Positions 9,546 to 19,525 of a DNA stretch of 64,000 bases are shown one piece after another. The stretch's first letter is position 1, and each line of letters begins with the position of its first letter. The notes under the pieces are model-generated. The model saw only the letters and a list, made by a program, of their open reading frames with translations, was not told where the DNA came from and searched no databases. Source of the stretch: an uncultured Pelagibacteraceae bacterium (lineage in GTDB: Bacteria; Pseudomonadota; Alphaproteobacteria; Pelagibacterales; Pelagibacteraceae); NCBI GenBank assembly GCA_902554745.1, contig CACDQA010000001.1, positions 13,816 to 77,815 of the forward strand, written 5' to 3'. The position numbers and the translations under genes were made by a program.

Positions 9546-10613
9546 TTATTTTTTTTTCTCCATTAACCATAAACTGTTTCCCGCAAGAAAATATATTTTT
9601 CCATTAACTGGGTGAATTTGTATATCTCTTATTCTTCCAATTTTATCTTTGAAAATAATTGTTTCTTCAATCTTAGATGAATTTTTAAAGTTTAATTTTC
9701 TCATTGATTTATCTTTTAAAGAAGTAATTAAAGCTTCGCCATTCCATTCACTAAATTCTTTTCCCTTATAAATAGTTATAGCACTTGCTGCTATTGAAGG
9801 TACCCAGTATTGGATTGCTTTGGTAAAGCCTGGTTTCCATTTAGGTCCAATCTTTGAGCCTGAATAATTTGTTCCACCCCAACCTAAAATTTTCCAACCA
9901 TAATTTTCTCCTTTTTTTATTTCACCAAACCAATCACCACCTTTTGCACCATGGTTGCTTGCATAAATTTTTCCATCAAAAGAGGAATAGGTTAAGCCTT
10001 GAGGATTACGAACACCAATTTGATAAATTTCTGGTAACCAATTTGATTTACCTTCAAACTTAGGGTTATCTTTTGGAATACTACCATCTAAATAAATTCT
10101 GATAATACTTCCAGGATGATTTGTCGGATCTTGAGCAATCATACCACCACCTCTTTCACCAGCAGAAGCAAAAAGATAATTGTCTTTTATAGCTAGTCTT
10201 GAACCGAAATGATAACCAGATTCTATTGGTGGTTCAGCTTGAAATATATTTTTGAAATTTAAATTTTTTTTATTTAATTTAGCTTTTGCAATCGAGGTAC
10301 TTGTTTTCCAATCTCCTCTATTTTCTGAATAAGAGATCCATAAGTAATTATCTTGGTAAATAATATCTAATAAACCTCCTTGTCCGTGTACAAAATAATT
10401 TAAGTTATGTCCAACTTCATAAACTTCTTCAGAAATAATATTTACTATTTTTATTTTTCCAGTTTTTTCAGTGATAATAAGTTCATCATCGCTTATAAAA
10501 GTTGATCCCCATGGGTCACTTAAATCTGCCAATTTTTTAAAAGTAAAATTTTCAGAAAAACTTTTCGATGAAAATAATAAAAAGAAAAATATCGATAAAA
10601 AATATTTGATCAC
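9546..10613 (-). CDS. PQQ-dependent sugar dehydrogenase (YliI/Asd family), secreted
   Basis: GQGGLLD, HFGSRL, GVRNPQG, NYGW and GRIRD motifs; start moved to GTG 10613, which gives a signal peptide and removes the overlap with the SDR gene. Confidence 0.85.
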   Translation of the reverse strand: MIKYFLSIFFFLLFSSKSFSENFTFKKLADLSDPWGSTFISDDELIITEKTGKIKIVNIISEEVYEVGHNLNYFVHGQGGLLDIIYQDNYLWISYSENRGDWKTSTSIAKAKLNKKNLNFKNIFQAEPPIESGYHFGSRLAIKDNYLFASAGERGGGMIAQDPTNHPGSIIRIYLDGSIPKDNPKFEGKSNWLPEIYQIGVRNPQGLTYSSFDGKIYASNHGAKGGDWFGEIKKGENYGWKILGWGGTNYSGSKIGPKWKPGFTKAIQYWVPSIAASAITIYKGKEFSEWNGEALITSLKDKSMRKLNFKNSSKIEETIIFKDKIGRIRDIQIHPVNGKIYFLAGNSLWLMEKKK

Positions 10614-10614
10614 T

Positions 10615-11325
10615 TTATGAAAGTTTAGATCTACCACCATCAACAGCAATTATTTGGCCTGTAACCCAGGAACTATCTTCTGTTAGTAAGAATTTAGCAA
10701 GAGCAGCAGAGTCTTTACCTTCACCTAATCTTTTAAGAGGATGTGCTTTTGCAATACCTTCAGCTATAGCAGCATTTTTCAACATTGGTTCTGCTATTTT
10801 AGATTTTGTTAAACTTGGTGCCACACAATTTACTCTTATGTTTGGAGCGAATTCTGCTGCAAGAGAAACCGTCAATCCCTCAACAGCAGCTTTTGTTGAA
10901 GCTATGATTGCATGATTGGTAAAACCTCTTTGAGCAGCAACAGTTGAAAATAAAACTATTGAACCTTTATTTTTTTTTAAACTTTCCTGATATCCTTTAA
11001 TAGCTTCTACAGCAGAATAAAGATTAAGTTTCATGCATTTTTGAAAGTCTTGTTCATTCACCATTCTTAATGGTTTTAAATCAATTGAACCGACACAATA
11101 AGCCAGACCTTTAATTTCAGAAATATCAGATTTAACTTTTTCTATAAATCCTTCCTCTAAAACATCTGCAGCGGTGTGTGAGCATCCAAGTTTTTCAGAG
11201 ATAGAACTAAGTTCACTTTCATTTCTTCCAACTAAATGAATATCGTTTCCAGAGTTTTTTAATTGTTCCGCTAAATTTGATCCAATAGAACCTGTCGCAC
11301 CAAAAATTACATATTTTTCTGACAT
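10615..11325 (-). CDS. SDR-family oxidoreductase, atypical (catalytic Tyr absent)
   Basis: GATGSIG, IRVNCVAPS and VTGQIIAVDGG motifs; IASTK in place of YxxxK. Confidence 0.88.
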   Translation of the reverse strand: MSEKYVIFGATGSIGSNLAEQLKNSGNDIHLVGRNESELSSISEKLGCSHTAADVLEEGFIEKVKSDISEIKGLAYCVGSIDLKPLRMVNEQDFQKCMKLNLYSAVEAIKGYQESLKKNKGSIVLFSTVAAQRGFTNHAIIASTKAAVEGLTVSLAAEFAPNIRVNCVAPSLTKSKIAEPMLKNAAIAEGIAKAHPLKRLGEGKDSAALAKFLLTEDSSWVTGQIIAVDGGRSKLS

Positions 11326-11352
11326 AAAAAATTTTATTAGTTATATTTAACT

Positions 11353-12843
11353 ATGAAGTTATTTTTTATACTTGGTAACCAATTATTTCCAACAAAATAC
11401 CTAGACCGCTTCAAAAAAGACCACCTATTTTTTATGGCTGAAGATAAGGGTTTATGCACTTATGAAAAGCATCATAAACAAAAAATTTTATTATTTTTAT
11501 CTTCTATGCGTTCTTATGCAGACGGATTAAGAAAAAACAAATTTAAATTAGATTACTTTAAAATCGAAGATAAAGAATTTAATGATGATTATTTAAAAAA
11601 ATTAAAAAAAATAATTACACAAAAAAAAGTAAAAGAAATCTCAAGTTTTGAAGTAGAGGATAAATTTTTTGAAAAAAAAATCTCACAATTTTTAAAAAAA
11701 GAAAAAATAAACTGGAATATTATTCAAACTCCCATGTTTTTAAATTCAAGAGATGAATTTAAAAATTATTTATCAAAATCAAAAAAACCTTTTATGGCAA
11801 CTTTTTACAAGGATGTTAGAAAAAAATCTGGAATATTGATGGGTTCAGATGGAAATCCAATCGGGGGTAAATGGAGCTTTGATGAAGATAACAGAAATAA
11901 ATTACCAAAAAATATTTCAATCCCTAAATTTCCAAAAATCAATGAAACCATTCATACAAAAAAATTAAAGCCTATTATTGAAAAGGAATTTAAAAATCAC
12001 CCAGGGAGTACAAATAATTTTTGGTTTGCAACGGAATATGAAGATGTAGTTAAACTATTAAATTTTTTTATAAAAGAAAAATCTAATCTTTTTGGTGATT
12101 ATGAGGATGCAGTTGATCAAAAAGATAATATTCTATTTCATAGTGCATTAAGTCCTTACATAAATTTAGGTTTAATAACCCCTGAATTTGTTGTCCAAAA
12201 AGTTTTAGACTTTCACAAGAAAAATAAAATTAGAATGAATTCTTTAGAGGGTTACATTCGCCAAGTGATTGGTTGGCGAGAATTTATGCGTGGAATTTAT
12301 CAGTCATATTCACAAGAAATGGAAACTGGAAATTTTTTTAAACAAAATAGAAAAATGAAGAGTTCTTGGTATGATGGTACCACTGGTCTTCCACCTCTAG
12401 ATTATGCAATTAAAAATGTGGTTAACCATGGTTGGTCACATCACATTGAAAGATTAATGATCTTATCAAACATAATGAACCTTTGTGAGTTAAAGCCAAC
12501 AATTGTTTATAAGTGGTTCATGGAGATGTTTGTAGACTCCTCAGATTGGGTAATGGTTCCAAATGTATATGGGATGGGATTATTTAGTGATGGGGGAATT
12601 TTTGCAACCAAACCTTATATTTGTGGATCTGCATATTTTATGAAAATGATGGACTTTAAGAAAGGTGATTGGTGTAACACCATGGATGGTTTGTACTGGA
12701 GGTTTATCGATCGAAATAGAAAATTTTTTTTAAAAAATCCTCGTTTGTCGATGATGGTGAGGATATTTGACAAAATGAAATCTGAAAGAAAAAAATTAAT
12801 TTTATCAGAAGCTGATAAATTCATTAAACAAAATACAATTTGA
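11353..12843 (+). CDS. phrB: bacterial (6-4) photolyase, PhrB/CryB-like, lacking the Fe-S cysteines
   Basis: [56 protein letters not shown] and TKPY motifs. Confidence 0.88.
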   Translation: MKLFFILGNQLFPTKYLDRFKKDHLFFMAEDKGLCTYEKHHKQKILLFLSSMRSYADGLRKNKFKLDYFKIEDKEFNDDYLKKLKKIITQKKVKEISSFEVEDKFFEKKISQFLKKEKINWNIIQTPMFLNSRDEFKNYLSKSKKPFMATFYKDVRKKSGILMGSDGNPIGGKWSFDEDNRNKLPKNISIPKFPKINETIHTKKLKPIIEKEFKNHPGSTNNFWFATEYEDVVKLLNFFIKEKSNLFGDYEDAVDQKDNILFHSALSPYINLGLITPEFVVQKVLDFHKKNKIRMNSLEGYIRQVIGWREFMRGIYQSYSQEMETGNFFKQNRKMKSSWYDGTTGLPPLDYAIKNVVNHGWSHHIERLMILSNIMNLCELKPTIVYKWFMEMFVDSSDWVMVPNVYGMGLFSDGGIFATKPYICGSAYFMKMMDFKKGDWCNTMDGLYWRFIDRNRKFFLKNPRLSMMVRIFDKMKSERKKLILSEADKFIKQNTI

Positions 12844-12971
12844 TGAAAAAAGAAAATTTACCCACTAAAATATGTCCTGTCTGTAAAAGATCTTTTACAT
12901 GGCGAAAAAAATGGAAGTTGAATTGGGAGAGAGTAAAATATTGTTCCAAGAAGTGTTCTAAGCTAAGCTAA
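12843..12971 (+). CDS. DUF2256 small Cys-rich protein (42 aa, absent from the ORF track)
   Basis: [42 protein letters not shown]; TGATG stop/start overlap with the photolyase gene. Confidence 0.9.
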   Translation: MKKENLPTKICPVCKRSFTWRKKWKLNWERVKYCSKKCSKLS

Positions 12972-12976
12972 TCTTA

Positions 12977-13696
12977 GTGAACATAATAGTATTACAACAT
13001 ATCAAAATAGAAGATCCAGGTTACATTAAAGATTTGATGTTGGCTGATGGATTTAATTTAACTACCATTGAATTAGATGAAGGTGAAAAAATACCAGGCG
13101 ATTTAAGTAAATTTGATGGAATGTTTTGCATGGGGGGTCCAATGGATACCTATATGGAGAAGGAATACCCATGGTTGATTGAAGAAAAGAAAAAAATCAA
13201 AGAATTTGTTGTAGATCTAAAAAAACCTTATTTAGGTTTTTGTTTAGGTTGTCAGCTTTTAGGAGAAGTAGTGGGCGGAAAAGTAGTTAAATCTAAACCA
13301 GCAGAAATAGGAATTATGGATATAAATTTCTCCAATGAAAAAAATTTAGATAAATTATTTTCTAAATTTCCTGACAAAATTAAAAGTTTACAATGGCATT
13401 CTTACGAGGTCCAGGGTATTGAAAATAATAAAGATATAACTTTATTAGCCTCTTCTCCAATCACAAAGTATCAAATTTTTAAATATCAAAATCATGCTTA
13501 TGGAATTCAATTTCATATAGAAATAAAAGATACAACGGTAAATGAATGGGGGTGTGTTCCGGAGTATAAAAAAGCTTTGGAAGATCAGCTTGGTATTGGT
13601 GCATTAGAAAAGTTTGATCAATCCGCAAAAGATAACATGAAAGATATGAATAACTATTCTACAATCCTTTATAATAATTTTAAAAAACTTTTATGA
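12977..13696 (+). CDS. class I glutamine amidotransferase-like protein
   Basis: MGGPM, LGFCLGCQLL nucleophile elbow, QWH and QFHIE motifs; GTG start. Confidence 0.9.
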   Translation: MNIIVLQHIKIEDPGYIKDLMLADGFNLTTIELDEGEKIPGDLSKFDGMFCMGGPMDTYMEKEYPWLIEEKKKIKEFVVDLKKPYLGFCLGCQLLGEVVGGKVVKSKPAEIGIMDINFSNEKNLDKLFSKFPDKIKSLQWHSYEVQGIENNKDITLLASSPITKYQIFKYQNHAYGIQFHIEIKDTTVNEWGCVPEYKKALEDQLGIGALEKFDQSAKDNMKDMNNYSTILYNNFKKLL

Positions 13697-13914
13697 ATAA
13701 TAAAATCTTTGAATGGGCAGGGGTTATAACTGCAATATTATATTCTTTGTTTGTCGCTTTAAATATAGGCATAGAATTTTTTGGTTTTTGTTTACTGTTA
13801 TTGTCAGCCATTTTAATTGGAATTTGGGCCTATAGAGGTGGTCATAAAGGAATTTTATTTTTGCAATTTTTTTATGCAACCGCTGGAATTATTGGAATGG
13901 TTCGTTGGTTTTAA
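13693..13914 (+). CDS. small three-TM hypothetical protein
   Basis: ATGA overlap with the GATase stop; strongly hydrophobic. Confidence 0.75.
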   Translation: MNNKIFEWAGVITAILYSLFVALNIGIEFFGFCLLLLSAILIGIWAYRGGHKGILFLQFFYATAGIIGMVRWF

Positions 13915-15050
13915 TTAAAGCTTGAAACTATTTTAGGAATATAATTTTTAAAATTAAAAAAACCTTTATTACAGTATTGCCAAGCTAATTGATCAAGATT
14001 TCTATATAAAAAACCTATCTTTAAATTATTAGAATTTAAAAAATCTAAATTTTCACCTACTGTTGGATACAAACCGTAATAATTTTCAATATTTGTTAAT
14101 TCACTTATATCTATAATTTGACAATCAATAGATTGATTTTTTAATCTCTGTACTTGGTCTTCTATTAAATGAGATTTAAATTTCACTAACTTTTCACTTA
14201 GTTTTATTGCTCTATTTTCATTTTTATTAGAAACTAAATAAATTTTCTTAAAATTGTTTTCCTTAAAGTCAGTGATTTCAAACGAGAGATTATTTTCAAA
14301 AATTAAAAGATTCTTATTCTCAATCTTTTGTGGGTTATTGAAATCCTGTTTAATTATTTGATAAGATTTTTCAGATACTTTTGGAGGAGCATTTTCATTT
14401 AATTTTATATTTTGAAATCTATTGTTAGTGAATTTTTTAATATTCCATTCACTTGCAAGGTAATGTTTTCCTTGAGTTTGAACACCCGCAACCCATCGCC
14501 ACCCAAGAGTATTTGATGCAGCATCTCCATCATAAAGATGTTGCATAAAAAATTCTGCACCTAATTGCCAAGGCAATTCTAAAGTAAAAATCCAAATACT
14601 AGCAAACCACATTCTTGTGTGATTATGCAAATAATTGTTTTCTTTAAGCTCTTTCACCCACTCATTAAAGCAATCTACTTTTGTTTTTCCTTCGATTGCT
14701 GCAATATAATCTTTATTATCTTTAAATTCGTTTTTGATTTGATTTAATTCGATAAGATAATCAGTCCAAACATTTGGTCTAAGTTCTAACCAACCTTTCC
14801 AATAAGTTCGCCATAGAACTTCTTGAATAAATTTTTCATTTTTTGAAAAAGAAAATTTACTTAGAGCTTTCCGAATGACTTCTTGTTCATTAATTATTCC
14901 ATGAGTTATATAAGGTGATAAGCAAGATATATTAGATCTTTTTTCAGGTCCAAAATCAAAATTTCTTAATTTTGAATATTCTCCAAGATTATTCTCAACA
15001 AAATTATTTAATTGATTTAAGGCCTTAGCCCTTGAAGCTTCAAATATCAT
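13911..15050 (-). CDS. short photolyase with N-terminal FAD domain (NewPHL/SPL class)
   Basis: YSKLRNFD, SCLSPYITHG, KFIQEVLWRTYWKG, YLHNHTRMWFASIW and DGDAASNTLGWRWVAG all in the N-terminal half; only 379 aa. Confidence 0.85.
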   Translation of the reverse strand: MIFEASRAKALNQLNNFVENNLGEYSKLRNFDFGPEKRSNISCLSPYITHGIINEQEVIRKALSKFSFSKNEKFIQEVLWRTYWKGWLELRPNVWTDYLIELNQIKNEFKDNKDYIAAIEGKTKVDCFNEWVKELKENNYLHNHTRMWFASIWIFTLELPWQLGAEFFMQHLYDGDAASNTLGWRWVAGVQTQGKHYLASEWNIKKFTNNRFQNIKLNENAPPKVSEKSYQIIKQDFNNPQKIENKNLLIFENNLSFEITDFKENNFKKIYLVSNKNENRAIKLSEKLVKFKSHLIEDQVQRLKNQSIDCQIIDISELTNIENYYGLYPTVGENLDFLNSNNLKIGFLYRNLDQLAWQYCNKGFFNFKNYIPKIVSSFN

Positions 15051-15056
15051 TTTAAT

Positions 15057-15437
15057 TTATTTTGATTTTTTTTTCTTAAGACCTAATTTGTCACTATGTC
15101 TTAATCTTAAAACAACAATGGCTCCAGCTATTAACAAAATAGCTACTGCTTCATAAACAAGTGCAGTAGGATCCATTTCTTTGCCTTGTAGAATAATAAA
15201 TCGTGCAAGGGCGGTAATCGCAATAAGAAGTGGTAGTGTAATACTAATAGATTGTTGGTTCCAAAAAACCCTAACCATTGCTAGTACCTCCAAATAAAGA
15301 AACATTAAAAGCAAATCTGCTAATGTAACAGATTGATTTAAAAACATGTTTTTCATTTCAATCCCAACAGCAATAACAGTACTGATTAAGATAATAACCA
15401 TTAATGCTAACTGTAAGTTTTTTGCTATCTTATCCAT
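15057..15437 (-). CDS. PsiE-family membrane protein
   Basis: LADLLLMFLYLEVLAMV and IAITALARFII patterns. Confidence 0.8.
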   Translation of the reverse strand: MDKIAKNLQLALMVIILISTVIAVGIEMKNMFLNQSVTLADLLLMFLYLEVLAMVRVFWNQQSISITLPLLIAITALARFIILQGKEMDPTALVYEAVAILLIAGAIVVLRLRHSDKLGLKKKKSK

Positions 15438-15895
15438 TATTTATCTTTACTAAAAGGTAACCATTTTTCAATTGCAGATTTTAAGGGACCATCATAAGGG
15501 ATTGAATAAGAATTCGGGTTTGGACTTGTTAAAACTTCAATTCCTTTTGAAAATACAAAAATAAATACTATTACAAAAACTATGACCATGATTTTAAAAG
15601 GATCAAAATTTTTTGTTTGAAAAACACTTGCAGACTTCTCTTCTGCTCTATGGAATTGTTTAAAAGTCATATAGACGGCAAATATTAAACCTATATGAGC
15701 TAAAAAAAGTCCAGCCCATCCAAATGCAAAAGTTGTGTAAGAAAAAACATATAAACTAAAAACAGTAGTCCAAATAAAACTTAAAACTAAAAGAATTTGT
15801 AATCTAACAGTTTTAGGAAGTGCGCGTAGATCATTCTTACTATCATCAAATAAAATATTTGCAGCATCTCTCATCCAATTCTTTATTGATTCCAT
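15437..15895 (-). CDS. hypothetical membrane protein
   Basis: Three hydrophobic segments; stop/start coupled to the PsiE-like gene. Confidence 0.75.
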   Translation of the reverse strand: MESIKNWMRDAANILFDDSKNDLRALPKTVRLQILLVLSFIWTTVFSLYVFSYTTFAFGWAGLFLAHIGLIFAVYMTFKQFHRAEEKSASVFQTKNFDPFKIMVIVFVIVFIFVFSKGIEVLTSPNPNSYSIPYDGPLKSAIEKWLPFSKDK

Positions 15896-15949
15896 GATCT
15901 AAGGATATAATTTTTAGTGATTTAAACAAATGTTAATTTGTCCTAAACG

Positions 15950-17140
15950 TTACAAAGAACGAAGCTTTTTTTTGTGAAAATTGATAAATCTTTCAACGTT
16001 AGATTTATTAAATGACTTATTTTCTTCAAATGAGACTTTTAACATCGAGTAAGCGCTGCTATTAGTAACTCTAGATTGAATTGTAATATTTCCTTTATAC
16101 AATTTAAGTTTTACTGAGCCATTAACTTTGCTTCTTTTTAAATCTACAATTTTTTGAAGTTTAAATCTTTCTTTTGAATACCAATAACCATTGTAAATTA
16201 ACTCTGCATATCTAGACATTATCTGATCTTTTTTATGCATAGTTTCTTTGTCTAAAGTAACTGACTCAATTGCTCTATGAGCATTGATTAAAAGAGTCCC
16301 ACCGGGCGTTTCATATACACCTCTAGATTTAATACCTAGAAATCTATTCTCTACTAAGTCAACTCTTCCAATTCCATTTTTGCCTGCGATGTCATTGAGC
16401 TTTGTTAATAATTTAGCTGGAGATAATTTTTTTCCATTAATTCCAAAAGGATCACCATTTTTAAAATTAATAGTAACAAAAGATGGTTTGTTAGGTGCTT
16501 TTTCAGGAGAAACTGTTCGTTGAAAAATAAATTCTGGAGCAGAATTTTTTGGATTTTCTAAAACCTTACCTTCAGTTGATGTATGAAATAAATTATCGTC
16601 TACTGAAAAAGGAGGTGCACCTTTTTTATCTTTAGGAATATCTATGCTATGTTTTTTTGCATAATTAATTAAGTCTGTTCTAGATTTTAGTTTCCAAATT
16701 CTCCACGGAGCTATGATTTTAATTTTAGGCCCAAAATAATGATAGCCTAATTCAAATCTAACTTGGTCATTGCCTTTACCAGTTGCTCCATGTGAAACTG
16801 CATAGGCTTTAAATTTTTTAGCTACTCTAATTTGATCTTTTGCAATAAGAGGTCTTGCTATTGATGTCCCTAATAAATAAACACCCTCATATATCGCGTG
16901 TCCTCTGATCATGGGATAAACATAATCCTTAACAAAAATGTCTTTTAAATCTTTAATAATTATATTTTTAACACCAAATTTTTTTGCATTAGTTATAATT
17001 TTTTTTCTATCAATTTCTTGTCCAACATCTGCTGTATAACAAATTACATCTGCATCATAATTTTCTTGAAGCCATTTTAAAATTATAGAAGTATCGAGCC
17101 CTCCAGAATAAGCTAGAACAATTTTCTTTTTTGATTTCAT
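15950..17140 (-). CDS. argG: argininosuccinate synthase
   Basis: LAYSGGLDTS, HGATGKGNDQVRFE and GIKSRGVYETP motifs. Confidence 0.98.
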   Translation of the reverse strand: MKSKKKIVLAYSGGLDTSIILKWLQENYDADVICYTADVGQEIDRKKIITNAKKFGVKNIIIKDLKDIFVKDYVYPMIRGHAIYEGVYLLGTSIARPLIAKDQIRVAKKFKAYAVSHGATGKGNDQVRFELGYHYFGPKIKIIAPWRIWKLKSRTDLINYAKKHSIDIPKDKKGAPPFSVDDNLFHTSTEGKVLENPKNSAPEFIFQRTVSPEKAPNKPSFVTINFKNGDPFGINGKKLSPAKLLTKLNDIAGKNGIGRVDLVENRFLGIKSRGVYETPGGTLLINAHRAIESVTLDKETMHKKDQIMSRYAELIYNGYWYSKERFKLQKIVDLKRSKVNGSVKLKLYKGNITIQSRVTNSSAYSMLKVSFEENKSFNKSNVERFINFHKKKLRSL

Positions 17141-17144
17141 TGAA

Positions 17145-17657
17145 TTAACTACAAGCTTTTCTTGAAGCGTTATAAGCTTTAGTAAATCCTAATAACGAGT
17201 AATGATCAATTGTTTGAGAACCTTTTTGATTGTATCCAGTAATCATAATTCTAGATCCTTTTCTCATTTGTTTGATCATTTTTAATTCAATTTTATTGTC
17301 AGCAATCCATGCAAAACCTTGTTCCTTAATATCAAATTTAAATTTGTTTTTTCCTGAAGCAGCTGTTACAGAATTATTTTTGTTGAATTCATAACCTGGG
17401 GTAACACTTACTTCATTTTTTATATTGTCGCTTGGTCTGAATGCTACAAATAATTTTGCATCTCTTTTATTTGTTTTTGGAGCTTGCAAAATAGGTAAAG
17501 ATTGCGCAAAGCATACTTTACCGTCAGCATCCATAAGGACCATTGCCTCCCAATCTTTATATTTACCTATTTTTTTAATTTCTTGGGCTGAAAGTTGGGC
17601 AATACCACTTATAAAAAATATTCCTAAAAATATTGTAATTTTTTTAATTATGGACAT
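17145..17657 (-). CDS. invasion-associated locus B (IalB)-like exported protein
   Basis: Signal peptide, GKYKDW...C, YSLLGFTKAY and a terminal Cys. Confidence 0.75.
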   Translation of the reverse strand: MSIIKKITIFLGIFFISGIAQLSAQEIKKIGKYKDWEAMVLMDADGKVCFAQSLPILQAPKTNKRDAKLFVAFRPSDNIKNEVSVTPGYEFNKNNSVTAASGKNKFKFDIKEQGFAWIADNKIELKMIKQMRKGSRIMITGYNQKGSQTIDHYSLLGFTKAYNASRKACS

Positions 17658-18682
17658 GGATTTGGATAAATTGTTTGTACTTGGTTAATTTCTTTAATGA
17701 CATCATCAGATAAGTTTACATTTACACTTTCTATATTTGTTTTCAACTGCTCCATTGTAGTTGCTCCAATTATCACACTAGTCATAAAGTCTTGGATTTC
17801 ACAAAATTTTAAAGACATTTGAGCCATATCAAGATTATATTTTTTACTTATTTTGAAATATTGTTCAACAGCATACTCAGTATTTGGCTTTCTATACCTT
17901 GTCCAGAAATCCCAATCTCTTTCCATTCTTGATCCTTTAGGAAAATTTTTGTTTCTATATTTTCCACTTAAATATCCACTTGCTAGTGGCGAGTAAGCTA
18001 AACATCCAATGTTTTCTCTTATAGATATTTCTGACAAACCAATTTCATAAGTTCTGTTTAATAAATTATAAGGATTTTGAATAGATAACATTCTCGGTAA
18101 ATCCTTATCTTTTGATGCCTTAAGAAAATTTAAAACTCCCCAAGGTGTTTCATTTGATAAACCAACGTATCTTATTTTCCCCTGATCAATATATTTATTT
18201 AAATCTGCAAGAACATCTTCAAATTTATTCCATTCATTTTCTTTATGAACATAACCAAGTCTTCCAAAATTATTTACATTTCTTTCTGGCCAGTGAAGTT
18301 GATATAAATCTACATAATCAGTTTTAAGTCTTTTAAGACTGTCATTTAAAGCAGATTCTAAATTTGGACCTGTAAAACTATTTTCTCCACCTCTTAAATA
18401 ATCTCTTGCTGGGCCAGCAACTTTTGTTGCAAGAATGACTTTGCCTCTTTTTTTTGTTTTTTCAAACCAGTTCCCAATAATCTCTTCTGTATCACCGTAG
18501 GTTTCTTTTCTAGGAGGTACTGCATATAATTCAGCAGTGTCCCAAAAGTTTACTCCTTGTTCCAAAGCAAAATCCATTTGTTCAAATGCTTCAAGTTCAG
18601 TATTTTGTTCTCCCCAAGTCATTGTACCGAGACAAATTGTACTTACTTTAATATCGGTATTACCTAAATTTTTGTAATTCAT
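17648..18682 (-). CDS. aldo/keto reductase (Tas-like)
   Basis: LGTMTWGEQN, DTAELY, DLYQLHWP, GLSNETPWG and AYSPLA motifs. Confidence 0.93.
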   Translation of the reverse strand: MNYKNLGNTDIKVSTICLGTMTWGEQNTELEAFEQMDFALEQGVNFWDTAELYAVPPRKETYGDTEEIIGNWFEKTKKRGKVILATKVAGPARDYLRGGENSFTGPNLESALNDSLKRLKTDYVDLYQLHWPERNVNNFGRLGYVHKENEWNKFEDVLADLNKYIDQGKIRYVGLSNETPWGVLNFLKASKDKDLPRMLSIQNPYNLLNRTYEIGLSEISIRENIGCLAYSPLASGYLSGKYRNKNFPKGSRMERDWDFWTRYRKPNTEYAVEQYFKISKKYNLDMAQMSLKFCEIQDFMTSVIIGATTMEQLKTNIESVNVNLSDDVIKEINQVQTIYPNPCP

Positions 18683-18761
18683 TAGAAATATTAAGTTAAA
18701 TTTTTGTTAATCTTTTAAGGTATCTTGAATAATTAGTAAAAGCATATATATATTACCCATT

Positions 18762-19523
18762 ATGGAATTTAATAAAAACGGAATACTAAATAGAGCAAAA
18801 GCAGCACAACAAACAGCTGCTGTGATGGATGAAGGCTTAAGAGCCTACATGCTAAAAGTTTATAACTACATGGCAACAGGTATATTGCTAACTGGAATAG
18901 TAGCACTATTAACATTTAAAATGTCTGTTGTTACTAACGATGCAGGTTCAATCGTTGGTCTAACGCAGATGGGGAATGCAATTTATTTATCAGGTCTTAA
19001 ATGGCTTGTAATGTTAGCACCTCTAGGTATCGTTTTTTACATGAGTTTTGGAATTAATAAAATGAGTGCATCAAAGGCACAAACTACCTTTTGGGTTTTT
19101 GCAGCTTTGATGGGTCTATCATTATCTTCAATTTTATTGGTTTATACTGGAATGAGTGTAACAAGAGTTTTTTTCATTACATCTGCAACATTTGGAGCGA
19201 TGAGTATTTATGGATACACAACTAAAAGAGATCTTACAAAGTTAGGATCTTTTTTAATGATGGGTCTAATTGGAATAATTATAGCTTCAATTGTTAATAT
19301 CTTTATGAAATCTTCTATGATGTATTTTGTGATTTCAATTTTAGGTGTTTTAATATTTGTTGGTTTAACAGCTTATGACACTCAGAAAATCAAAAATATG
19401 TATGTTGCGTCAGACTCAGGAGAGTTAATGGGCAAGAAAGCTGTAATGGGCGCTTTAACTTTATATCTAGATTTTATCAATCTATTTATAATGTTGTTAA
19501 GATTATTTGGTCAAAGAAGATAA
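18762..19523 (+). CDS. Bax inhibitor-1/YccA family protein
   Basis: DEGLRAYMLKVYNYM, TAYDTQKIK and GALTLYLDFINLF motifs. Confidence 0.93.
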   Translation: MEFNKNGILNRAKAAQQTAAVMDEGLRAYMLKVYNYMATGILLTGIVALLTFKMSVVTNDAGSIVGLTQMGNAIYLSGLKWLVMLAPLGIVFYMSFGINKMSASKAQTTFWVFAALMGLSLSSILLVYTGMSVTRVFFITSATFGAMSIYGYTTKRDLTKLGSFLMMGLIGIIIASIVNIFMKSSMMYFVISILGVLIFVGLTAYDTQKIKNMYVASDSGELMGKKAVMGALTLYLDFINLFIMLLRLFGQRR

Positions 19524-19525
19524 AT

